Shown one piece after another: positions 6,219 through 14,105 of a stretch of DNA of 14,105 bases. Source of the DNA: Bdellovibrio sp. (lineage in GTDB: Bacteria > Bdellovibrionota > Bdellovibrionia > Bdellovibrionales > Bdellovibrionaceae); the NCBI GenBank assembly GCA_046318155.1, contig JBKCUU010000101.1, forward strand, positions 1 through 14,105, written 5' to 3'. How positions within the stretch are numbered: the stretch's first letter is position 1; each line of letters starts with the position of its first letter. The notes under the pieces were generated by a model. That model was given only the letters and a program-made list of their open reading frames with translations, was not told where the DNA came from and ran no database searches. A program made the translations under genes and the position numbers.

Positions 6219-7282
6219 ATTCTCCTCCGAATATTTTGCGGGCAAGAATTCACTTTGACTTGGTACTTATCGAGCTCGTCCATCCAAGGGTGGCCATCAT
6301 CCGGGAACACCAATTGGTCTGCACCGACTTGAGCAAACTGACCCTTATGAAAAGATTCGCGGTCCATTTGGCGGTCTGAGTGGATGCGCTGAATGGTTTC
6401 AACTTCAATCAAGTTGAGCTTTTGCAAAATTTTAAAGTTCTGCTCGTTCTCGCGAGTCGCCAATTGCTTCAAACGAGTTTCTGCCGAACTTTGTCCGCGG
6501 GCCGCGATTTTTTGCAACTGAGACAAGGCTGACTTGGCCTTTGCTGATAACTTCGGCTGAGCTTCTAGCACGGGGATCGCGGTCGCTGCCAACTTCATTT
6601 CAAGCACTGCGCGCTGAAATTTGACGTCCCGAAAAAAGAGACGGGGCATGCTTTTCGCAAACTTGCCGGCTTGATCAAAACTCAAGGGAAACTGATCTGC
6701 TTTTTCCAACAATTTTGCCAAGGCTTCCGATTTACCCGACTCTGACAATCTTTGAAGATCAACCAGACGTTGCTTTTGCGTCTCTTTGAAAAGTTTGTGC
6801 GTCTCGAGGATTCCTTTGTAGTCGCAAATTTTCAATTGCGAGAGCGATTGCAAGAAAAAGGGCTCTGAGCCTACGATCGACAAAAAGGGAGCACTTAAGA
6901 GAGTTTTAGTTTGAGCCAAAGCTTTCTCAAAGTCCTTTTCGCGATGGTAGGCCCAACCTTTCTCTTCAACGGCCTCGAGCCACCAATCAGAGCCTTTGGG
7001 AACTTCGTTGTACTTCACCAAAGCTTGATCGAGCTTGTTCGCAGCAAAGAGGGACCGAGCCTGATTCATTGAATCGCGGGCGGCAGTTTTTTCTTGGTTC
7101 AGAGTGCGCTTGGTGATTTTATCAAAATCAAGGAGGGCGTCGGCTTGCTTGGGTTTTGATGCCAAAGCGACAGCGAGGTCTTTCGACCAAGCCTTCACCG
7201 AGAAGGTCTCGGCCCGGCTTGTTGTCGCCGTACCAAAAACAAACGCGAAGATGAAGAGGGGCGAACCTAGTCTTGGGATCAT
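6215..7282 (-). CDS. gltC: GltC-like periplasmic TPR-like protein
   Basis: Signal peptide; WLEAVEEKGWA...AL...TLLSAPF...E...LKICDY core and C-terminal FPDDGHPWMDELDKYQVKVNSC match the GltC family pattern; directly follows a Glt-type beta-barrel gene with an ATGA overlap (7279-7282). Confidence 0.78.
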   Translation of the reverse strand: MIPRLGSPLFIFAFVFGTATTSRAETFSVKAWSKDLAVALASKPKQADALLDFDKITKRTLNQEKTAARDSMNQARSLFAANKLDQALVKYNEVPKGSDWWLEAVEEKGWAYHREKDFEKALAQTKTLLSAPFLSIVGSEPFFLQSLSQLKICDYKGILETHKLFKETQKQRLVDLQRLSESGKSEALAKLLEKADQFPLSFDQAGKFAKSMPRLFFRDVKFQRAVLEMKLAATAIPVLEAQPKLSAKAKSALSQLQKIAARGQSSAETRLKQLATRENEQNFKILQKLNLIEVETIQRIHSDRQMDRESFHKGQFAQVGADQLVFPDDGHPWMDELDKYQVKVNSCPQNIRRRM

Positions 7283-8076
7283 AGTAAGAATCCCAAACCA
7301 AATGTTCCAACAACCGTGTCGATATTGCGCGAACCGGTGATGATTTGGTCTTTGTAGTTTTGGTACCGGATTTCAGCTCGGGCCGAAAGATGTTTGGTCA
7401 TCCAGACGCCCAAGCCCGCACCGCCTGTCAAGATAGGAGCAGAGCCTGATGACATCTGAATTTGTCCACCACCAGCGAGCAAGTACATGTCAAATTGGGC
7501 AATGCCCCAGTCCATCAAATTGGTTTTTCCGTAAATAGGGTACCAATTCAAAATCGCCATCGCCGAATTCAAAGGATAGTCAATGTCTGGAATCTGGTAG
7601 CTACGACCGCCAGCTTCGTACGCCGCTTTCGCCTGTTCAAATGAACGGCGTCCTTCGGGCGTCAAATCATTGCCATAGTCATAGTAACGAACACCGAGGG
7701 ACCAGCGTGGAGTGAAGTGAAAGTCAATCGAAGCACCTAAGCTTTGAGTCTTCATGTAAGCATCGCCACCAGCCACGCCGCCATAGCTTACGCCAAGCTC
7801 AAAGCGGTTGTACCGATCAACCAGTCGACTTTGTACGATGCGCGCGCGGTTATCTGGATCCATCGAGCTGGCCATTTGAAAAAGAGCTTCGTTGCCACCA
7901 AGAGTATCAACGTCTTGGGCGACATTGATCTTTTTCTCGATATTCTTCTTTGGTGATTGTTGAGCTACAGTCTTCTTAGCAGTCGGACGCGGCGTTGATT
8001 TTACGGGTTTCGCAAAGCCGACCGAACTCGCTAAGAGTATTGTCAGAGTCAAAAGGCTGACAGATTGAAGTTTCAT
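7279..8076 (-). CDS. Outer-membrane beta-barrel protein, GltA/GltB/GltH-like
   Basis: Start revised to ATG 8076 (ATGA overlap 8073-8076, AGGTG upstream, signal peptide MKLQSVSLLTLTILLASSVGFA). Amphipathic beta-strands, family-typical WYPIYGK and FDMYLLAGGG motifs, terminal strand VVGTFGLGFLL. Confidence 0.88.
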   Translation of the reverse strand: MKLQSVSLLTLTILLASSVGFAKPVKSTPRPTAKKTVAQQSPKKNIEKKINVAQDVDTLGGNEALFQMASSMDPDNRARIVQSRLVDRYNRFELGVSYGGVAGGDAYMKTQSLGASIDFHFTPRWSLGVRYYDYGNDLTPEGRRSFEQAKAAYEAGGRSYQIPDIDYPLNSAMAILNWYPIYGKTNLMDWGIAQFDMYLLAGGGQIQMSSGSAPILTGGAGLGVWMTKHLSARAEIRYQNYKDQIITGSRNIDTVVGTFGLGFLL

Positions 8077-9479
8077 CGTGCACCTACTTGTTGAGGACGA
8101 ACGGCTTGAGGAGCCGCGCATCCCACTTTTTCTTTTTTTGAGCGAACCGTGTTCAAAACTTGTTGAACGGGTTCGGAGTTGCGGCCAGCAATCACGGCCG
8201 TTGCTGACATCGAAATCTCTTGTTTGAGCTCGGCATCGGTCGCTGCGCAAGGAACGTTCCACTCAAGAACACATTCTTGTTTTGCTGGCTTGTTTATGAC
8301 CGACTTGCAGGCGATTTTAGGAGCGCCGACCAGAGTCTTGAGGTCGGGGAGCTCGAGCTTAACTGTCGAAGAGGCATCAGCTGAACTGACGATGAAGTTA
8401 AACTTCATTTTCTCGCCAGGGGTGAGCTCAAGAGCGGGTCCCGTCAAGCCTGCGAAGTCAAAGCGGGGAGCTGACACGGGTCGGTTCAGACCAATTTTGA
8501 CCAATTTCAAAATTTGGGGTGTCACAGTTCCAAAGGGGCTTGTGACAAGCAGGTTGAAACGGACATTCGAAGTCGCCGACTGCGATAAAGTTTGACCGCG
8601 GCTATCCAAATCAGGGCGAGCCGAGATATTTTTCGTGTCAAAAATCAGCGAGAACTTCCATTTCAGGTCGCCAACGTAAATCGCTTCACGGGCGGTTGGA
8701 TCGATCATCACATGGCGAGTTCCATCTTGCTCAAGGTAAGCGACGCCAGCTGTTTGACCCAAGTCATTAAAGACCGTCAGCATCGGCTTGCGAGGAGCTT
8801 GTCCATCGATACCGGGGATTTTAACGGTCACTTGAAACTTGGTGATGGTGCCTTCGGCAACTTCAGCGCCCAGGCCCTCGATGGCAAGTTCCGTCGGAAC
8901 CGCTTGAGTGCGTTTGACTTGTAAGGTGACTTCGCGCTCGCGAGTGATTCCAAACAAAGCCTTTTTCACTTTCTCGCTGGGAGTCTCGGTCACTTCGATT
9001 CCAAACTTCACGTCGATTTCTTTTAAAGAATCATTCGCTGGGACCGTGTAGATTTTAGGAGTCCAAGTCAATAGGTAGACATCTGCTTCGGTCGGAGATT
9101 TCTCGAGCTTCGCACCTTCGGGAAGATTTTTCGCATTCAAGCGAACTTTCACTCCCGCGATTGTCGAGCGCGCGCCGACTTTATAAGTGGCAGGCATTCC
9201 TTCAGTAAAAACCAGGCGGCGATCAGGAGAGATGATCAACGCGTTTTCATCGATCGTTGCTTGCTCACGCACGACTTCCACCGGTTTTTCCACAATGATG
9301 GTCTCGGTGCGAGTCTCTTGTTTTTCGGGGCCCTTCTCGAGTTCTTTGCGCCCGTTGTCACGGTACGTGTCGATGTTCTCAACGGGGTGCTTTTCGTATT
9401 TGCCGCAACCTAACATCACAACAACTGATAAAGTTGTTAAAGAGAGACCAAGAGTTGTTAAGAAATTGACTGTTTTCAT
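8073..9479 (-). CDS. Lipoprotein with beta-rich Ig/cadherin-like domains, function unknown
   Basis: Probable start is the second ATG (9479; AAGGA 6 nt upstream), 9485 also possible. Lipobox-like VMLG-C; NLPEGAKL...YLLTWTP resembles bacterial Ig-like repeats; roughly three domains starting FTEG/VAEG/LTPG; four Cys in the C-terminal domain. Confidence 0.78.
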   Translation of the reverse strand: MKTVNFLTTLGLSLTTLSVVVMLGCGKYEKHPVENIDTYRDNGRKELEKGPEKQETRTETIIVEKPVEVVREQATIDENALIISPDRRLVFTEGMPATYKVGARSTIAGVKVRLNAKNLPEGAKLEKSPTEADVYLLTWTPKIYTVPANDSLKEIDVKFGIEVTETPSEKVKKALFGITREREVTLQVKRTQAVPTELAIEGLGAEVAEGTITKFQVTVKIPGIDGQAPRKPMLTVFNDLGQTAGVAYLEQDGTRHVMIDPTAREAIYVGDLKWKFSLIFDTKNISARPDLDSRGQTLSQSATSNVRFNLLVTSPFGTVTPQILKLVKIGLNRPVSAPRFDFAGLTGPALELTPGEKMKFNFIVSSADASSTVKLELPDLKTLVGAPKIACKSVINKPAKQECVLEWNVPCAATDAELKQEISMSATAVIAGRNSEPVQQVLNTVRSKKEKVGCAAPQAVRPQQVGAR

Positions 9480-9492
9480 AAACATTCCTTCC

Positions 9493-10770
9493 TTACCGGC
9501 TGCTCACGCGGCGGAGTTCAAAGGGATACAACACGTCCACATTGACGCTGCCAACGGGGCGGGGAAACTGCCACGTGCGCATTTTAGCGACCATGCAAGA
9601 TTCAACTGACTTTGATTCTAAAGAAGACTGAGCCACCTTGGCTGAAGTGATGCGTCCATTCGAGCCGATCGTGAAATCAACCGACACACGTCCACGCAAA
9701 TCGGGTTCGCGTTGCAGACCTTGCTCATAGCAGTAAATGATCTGACCTTTATGCCGGTTGATGACCGCCGCGATTTGATCCCGGTCTAAGCCGCCTTCGA
9801 CAAGGGCTTCTTCAGACATCGGAAGGCTTAAACCAGAAGTTCCACCAATCAGCGAGATTTTGCCGTAGCCAGCTTTGCCGCCGCCAGCACCTTTCGTGCC
9901 GTAGCCGCCTGCTGATTGCGCGCGCCCGCCGCCACCCGCAGAGCCTGCGATCAAGCCAGATCCAGGCATCATTCCGCGGATCCCGCCAGAGCCCGCATCA
10001 CCAACTCCGCCGCCGCCCGAACCAACGCCAGCAGATCGAATGTTTTTAAGAGACTTCGAATCAAGGCCTTCGGCATTGCGTGCGCCGGTCTTGATCCCGC
10101 CTAAGGCTGCAAGTGCACCGACGCGCTCCAGTGAACGCTCGGGAGCATTGCGAACAGCTGAATGGTATTTGGGAGTCACGGGTGGAGCTTTGCGAACGAT
10201 GTTGCGAGTGACGATCTTCGGCTTTGTCGTGCGGTCCGCAACTTTGGCTTTGGTTTTTTCCTTGATCGGCTGGATTTTCTTCTCGGAGACCTGAACGCGC
10301 TCACGAACAGCCACTTCTTTTTGTGGGATCACGATCGTAACCAGTTGAGGCTCATCTTTTTTCTGCGTGAAGTAACCAACAAGCGCCGAAACACCGATCA
10401 TCAATACAACGGCAACCAAGTGCCCCACCGCAGTTTTTTTCATCACGTTTTTAAGTTGTTCTTCGTCATCTTCAACCGCAAGCTCGTAAGATGGTGTGTT
10501 GATCTTTTCGAGCTCTTCAGCCATGCGCAAGCGGCCAAGTCCCGTTAGAGAGACGGAACCTTTTGTTAAAGTCGACATCGTGACGGTTTTTAGAATTTGA
10601 TAATCAATTTGAGAGTCATTAAGACCAGAGAGGTCCGAGAGGATTTCAACACGTCGGTTGTCCAAGCGGTAGATGACGTGCATTTCAGCTTGACCAAGGT
10701 TGGACTCCACTTGAAAAGCACGGACCTTTTGGCCCAGTTTGTTTTCGAGAATCAGTCGTCGTGCCGTCAT
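9493..10770 (-). CDS. gltG: GltG-like (AgmX/PglI C-terminal, TonB-C-like) inner-membrane transducer
   Basis: Start revised to ATG 10770 (GAGG 5 nt upstream). Cytoplasmic N-domain, single TM helix with His, Lys/Pro-rich then Gly-rich linker, C-terminal GGLDRDQI...YCYEQGL..P.L.GRV...WQFPRP...V.V.YPF; follows gltF. Confidence 0.85.
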   Translation of the reverse strand: MTARRLILENKLGQKVRAFQVESNLGQAEMHVIYRLDNRRVEILSDLSGLNDSQIDYQILKTVTMSTLTKGSVSLTGLGRLRMAEELEKINTPSYELAVEDDEEQLKNVMKKTAVGHLVAVVLMIGVSALVGYFTQKKDEPQLVTIVIPQKEVAVRERVQVSEKKIQPIKEKTKAKVADRTTKPKIVTRNIVRKAPPVTPKYHSAVRNAPERSLERVGALAALGGIKTGARNAEGLDSKSLKNIRSAGVGSGGGGVGDAGSGGIRGMMPGSGLIAGSAGGGGRAQSAGGYGTKGAGGGKAGYGKISLIGGTSGLSLPMSEEALVEGGLDRDQIAAVINRHKGQIIYCYEQGLQREPDLRGRVSVDFTIGSNGRITSAKVAQSSLESKSVESCMVAKMRTWQFPRPVGSVNVDVLYPFELRRVSSR

Positions 10771-10783
10771 ACTCACCTCTGTA

Positions 10784-10853
10784 GCGCCCGTGTTAAGGGC
10801 GCGGGGTTCACACCCGTTTTACAGGGTGTTGGTCACCCCAAACCAGGGGTGCC
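10784..10853 (-). promoter_or_regulatory. Three tandem stem-loops filling the gltF-gltG intergenic spacer
   Basis: Perfect 6-bp inverted repeats at 10834-10851, 10810-10829 and 10784-10802, directly upstream of the gltG Shine-Dalgarno site. Confidence 0.7.
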
Positions 10854-11141
10854 TTAGAAAGTCTGCCGCTCTTGGTCCTCTTTGAGGCGATCATCAAAGT
10901 GCTTTCTGGCACCGAGAAGATCCTCAAGGAACTTGTCATTTTCCACGGTCGCCGTTGTACTGGGCGAATTCTGGAACTTACCGTGGAGCGAACTTCCATC
11001 AAACCGAAACGAGGTCCCAAGTTTTGCTCGATCTCTCGAGGGACTAGCGTGGGCCTTCGTCTTCGAATTCGAAGAACCGGAAGCGGCGTTTGCTGCATGG
11101 AACATGAGCAAAGCCCAGGCCAAGAGAAGAATCGTCTTCAT
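10854..11141 (-). CDS. gltF: GltF/CglF-like small secreted protein
   Basis: 95 aa; signal peptide ending AANA; T.F.F....L.G....P...L...R..F...L pattern recalled for GltF; immediately upstream of gltG; ATGA overlap at 11138-11141. Confidence 0.72.
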   Translation of the reverse strand: MKTILLLAWALLMFHAANAASGSSNSKTKAHASPSRDRAKLGTSFRFDGSSLHGKFQNSPSTTATVENDKFLEDLLGARKHFDDRLKEDQERQTF

Positions 11142-14104
11142 AGTGCTGTCCTCTTCTGAGTTTGAATTAAGCGGCCATCCAAGTATGAAATCATCAAGGG
11201 ATGGCCAATTTTTGTTTCAAGGTTTTTCAATTTTTCAATTGCTGCGATATCAGAAGGGTTTTCGCTCACCAAATCGCGAGCCGCCTTCAAATCACGAGTG
11301 CTTGGCGTCGATGCTTCAAGCGCATTTTCAAGTTGGGAGCGCAGCTCTGAAGTCGGCGCAAGAGCCGCCAGGAAACGGGCCTCTTGTGCCAAATAAGGGT
11401 GAACTTCAGGACGCGCCTTCATCAAGTCCTTGATCAAAGCCTGGAGTGCTCGCTGATTTTTCCAGAACTCTGACAACTTTTGCGAGGCAAATTTAGCTTT
11501 CACCAAGAAGGGCTTTGCTTGCTGCTTGAGTAAGTTGCCATAGCGGACTTGTTCATTGGGTTTGAGCCCCTTGGGCATCGGTGTCTGGAGCAAATCTTGA
11601 GTAAAGCGTTCATTTTCGCGGCTCATCGTGGTGAGTGCCATCACTTGGGCCGTGTAATCACGCAGACGGATGGCTTCAGACAATGACGTTTCAGCCGAAT
11701 TCAAGAGCTTCACGCGCTCTTGAATCGTGCGGCCCATTTGACGGTCATTCGACGTGTTTAACTTATGAGCAGACAACTTTTTGTCCAAGTTCAAGTGGGC
11801 TTGGTAGAAAGGCTGCTTTTTGATGAATTGAATTGCGGCCATGCGCTCGAGGCTACGGCTATTGAGGAAGCTCTCGAGTCCACGTGTTGAGTGGTTACGA
11901 GCGTAGACCAACAAAACAGTCTCGCTCAAAATTTGGGGTGATCGCGAAAGGCCTTTGGCTTGCTTTTTAAGTTCAGCGACCGTATTGCCTGCGAGCAAGA
12001 CCAAGCGGCTACGAACCGAAAGTTCGCTCGAACCACGAAGGCCGGCTCGAAGAGCGGCCTCGTAATGTTTCTGAGGACGAACGCCGCCCAAGTCTGCCAA
12101 AGTCGCTAATTTTAATTCGCGCTCAGCTGTTTTAAGTTTGGGGAACTTCATGCGCAAGGCCGTCTCGTAAGCCGACTTGAATTCGAGCTTTTTCTCGAAA
12201 TAACCCACCTGGCGAGCCAAGGCTTGTTCACGGTCTTCACTTGAGAGCGATTTGATCGCCAGGAGTCCTGCGATTGAAGCCAGCAGCGCTTTTTCGTCAC
12301 TGGTCTTCTCGGCAAGCACACTCATATTTCGGTAATGAATCATTTTTTCCGAATCAGAAGCACCGGCAAGGTTCGCCGTCTGCATCTTTTCGAGTGCCTT
12401 TTTGAGTTCGCGCGAAGACGAGCTGGTATCATTCGCCGTCAGAGCCACTTGGTTGGTCAGGGCTTTGCGCGAAATCTGTTGGAACTCGAGCGCGTGAGCA
12501 GGAAATACCAGGGCGTACTCATTTGCCCAGGTCTCGAGATCCGCATCGCGCTTTTGAATCGCCAAGGCGTCCAAAGAGAGATCCGCAGACTTTTTGCGCA
12601 AATCCGCAGGTCCCGCTTTTTCCAAAGCTAAAGTTCGGAACGAGTCCGCCGAACCTGACCAGTCTTTGCGGTCATAAGCGACTTGAGCCCATTGATAGCG
12701 AACGTTGTAAGCGTTGGGACCTTTGGGCATCAAGCTCAGGTAATGTTTGTAAGCAAGCTCACGGCGCCCGAGGTCTTTTGATTTCTCGGCGGCTTCGATT
12801 TCGCCCATCAAGGCCATTTCGCGTAGTTTATCTTCTTTAGCCGTTCGAGCAGCTTCGTGGTACATCGAGGCTGCTATCTCATGTTTGTTCAAATCAACGG
12901 CAACCTGAGCGCCAAGAACGGCCATCTCGGTCTCTTCAGGGAAGGTTTTCACATAGATGTCGTACGCGCGCAAAACGATGGAGTCCGGTTTGACCTTTTT
13001 CGAGCGGTGAACCTCTGTTACATAACGCTTCATTTTCTTTTGCAGCTCGAGGCACTTCGCATCGTCAGAGCAGCGCACTTTCTTATAGGCTTGAGCGGCG
13101 AGGGCAAAGTCCTCAATCGAGTCTGCAGAGCCTTTGTCATAATTGGTCTGAGCGATGAGCACCATCACTTCGAGGTGTTCATCATTGGTCAATCCAGGAG
13201 TTTTTAAGTACGCACGGTAGATTTCAGAGGCCGCTTGTTTTTGACCTAGGCGGTCCACTTCGCCAGCAAAAAAGAACAAGAGCTCTTTGCGCTGGCTGTT
13301 TGAGGCCAGCCCTAGAGGCCGACTGTTTGGAATGAGCTTAACAAACTGTGCGATCTCTTTTGAGGTCACGGGCCTGCGCGAGTAAAAAGTGGCCAAATCA
13401 CGCAAAACATCGCCTTGAAAAGCGACGTCCGCGACGACGCCAGTGGCTGTTTCTTTTGTTAACAGAGCGGGCGTCTGCGCCAAAGATTGTAAAGTCCAAA
13501 TCGCGAGAGCTAAACGGTCCAGGTTAAACTGGCACCAAGCGATGCGGTACTTGATCAAACCTTTGTTCAAAGTTTGCGAATCTTTCATCGCGATTTCGTA
13601 AGAAGCCAAGGCCTCTTTAAACTTTCCTTTTTGAAAAAAAATATCGGCAAGGGCTGTCCTTGCGCGAGTGACGACATCAGCGCTGTAAACCCCTTTCTTC
13701 GCTTTCAAGATGCTTTCAAACAAAGAGATCGCTCTGGCTTCATCGCCCGCGATTTCAAATAAGTGAGCCATTTGAAACATGATCACGCCTTGAGTTTGAA
13801 TGGGCGTTTCTTTTTGAATGGCTTGATAAATTTTAATCGCGCGCTGGCGGTCGGCCGATGAACCTTTGCAGTCCTTGCAGTCCGCTTCGATCTCATTCAT
13901 AAAGCGCAAACGAGCGCGCTCGGCCAGAAGGTCAGCCATCCGCAAGTTCGAGCGGACCCACGAGGGGTCAGAAGTTTCCATGTTGGTCAAAATGCGGTCC
14001 AGCCGGTCAATGACTAAGTTCTGAGTTTCAGAATCCATCTTCTCCGCGAGTGCTGGCGCCGGGGCCATGCCCGCCAAAACTGCCATCAAAATCAAAGAGA
14101 AAAG
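11138..14104 (-). CDS. Large periplasmic TPR protein, GltD/AgmU-like; true start lies beyond the window edge
   Basis: Frame is open to the edge (LFSLILMAVLAGMAPAPALA|EK is a signal peptide missing its N-region). Many TPR-like helix pairs (e.g. ALADIFFQKGKFKEALASY, YRIAWCQFNL); C-terminal PMPKGL...E...Y...L.....P...KA pattern as in GltD. Confidence 0.8.
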   Translation of the reverse strand, partial: LFSLILMAVLAGMAPAPALAEKMDSETQNLVIDRLDRILTNMETSDPSWVRSNLRMADLLAERARLRFMNEIEADCKDCKGSSADRQRAIKIYQAIQKETPIQTQGVIMFQMAHLFEIAGDEARAISLFESILKAKKGVYSADVVTRARTALADIFFQKGKFKEALASYEIAMKDSQTLNKGLIKYRIAWCQFNLDRLALAIWTLQSLAQTPALLTKETATGVVADVAFQGDVLRDLATFYSRRPVTSKEIAQFVKLIPNSRPLGLASNSQRKELLFFFAGEVDRLGQKQAASEIYRAYLKTPGLTNDEHLEVMVLIAQTNYDKGSADSIEDFALAAQAYKKVRCSDDAKCLELQKKMKRYVTEVHRSKKVKPDSIVLRAYDIYVKTFPEETEMAVLGAQVAVDLNKHEIAASMYHEAARTAKEDKLREMALMGEIEAAEKSKDLGRRELAYKHYLSLMPKGPNAYNVRYQWAQVAYDRKDWSGSADSFRTLALEKAGPADLRKKSADLSLDALAIQKRDADLETWANEYALVFPAHALEFQQISRKALTNQVALTANDTSSSSRELKKALEKMQTANLAGASDSEKMIHYRNMSVLAEKTSDEKALLASIAGLLAIKSLSSEDREQALARQVGYFEKKLEFKSAYETALRMKFPKLKTAERELKLATLADLGGVRPQKHYEAALRAGLRGSSELSVRSRLVLLAGNTVAELKKQAKGLSRSPQILSETVLLVYARNHSTRGLESFLNSRSLERMAAIQFIKKQPFYQAHLNLDKKLSAHKLNTSNDRQMGRTIQERVKLLNSAETSLSEAIRLRDYTAQVMALTTMSRENERFTQDLLQTPMPKGLKPNEQVRYGNLLKQQAKPFLVKAKFASQKLSEFWKNQRALQALIKDLMKARPEVHPYLAQEARFLAALAPTSELRSQLENALEASTPSTRDLKAARDLVSENPSDIAAIEKLKNLETKIGHPLMISYLDGRLIQTQKRTAL

Positions 14105-14105
14105 T

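Noticed and set aside
6219..6245. N-terminal extension (MPAKYSEEN) of the VWA lipoprotein
   Set aside because: GTG 6218 has GGAGG at good spacing and gives a canonical lipoprotein signal.
8127..8139. T-rich run as a terminator or slippage site
   Set aside because: It encodes Lys/Glu codons (KKEK) on the minus strand within an intact ORF.
8077..8262. N-terminal extension of the beta-barrel ORF in the ORF track
   Set aside because: It overlaps the upstream lipoprotein gene; ATG 8076 has an RBS, an ATGA overlap and a proper signal peptide.
10784..10853. CRISPR array or tRNA
   Set aside because: Units are not identical repeats with unique spacers, no cas genes are present, and there is no enclosing acceptor stem or T-loop consensus.
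25..13762. The short alternative-frame and antisense ORFs in the track (e.g. 2940-3374, 8179-8595, 10882-11433)
   Set aside because: They lie wholly or largely over well-supported genes and show no recognisable motifs; treated as shadow ORFs.
13868..13879. CxxC (CKDC) in the TPR protein as a heme c or metal site
   Set aside because: It is followed by Lys, not His, with no second Cys pair nearby; more likely a periplasmic disulfide.

Overview
Bacterial window, most likely Bdellovibrionota (inferred from gene content). Plus strand: (1) a 5'-truncated DEAD-box RNA helicase whose first ~180 nt are compositionally foreign and resemble eukaryotic Ded1/DDX3, probably an assembly chimera. (2) A translationally coupled gene pair: a 939-aa lipoprotein (three PKD/Ig-like domains, Pro-Thr linker, disulfide-rich modules including a thrombospondin-1-like repeat, and a C-terminal Hedgehog/intein (Hint) domain lacking the splicing His-Asn), followed by a 256-aa exported or membrane-anchored protein of unknown function. 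Minus strand, converging on that pair: a tightly coupled seven-gene Glt-like (gliding-transducer) envelope operon. It encodes a GltD-like TPR protein (truncated at the window edge), GltF-like, GltG-like TonB-C protein, an Ig-like lipoprotein, a GltA/B/H-type beta-barrel, GltC-like, and a CglB-like VWA/MIDAS lipoprotein. The best candidate for an undescribed system is the Hint lipoprotein plus its partner. Two intergenic regions are also notably structured (1041-1238 and 10777-10853). All family calls are by motif recognition by eye; no searches were run.
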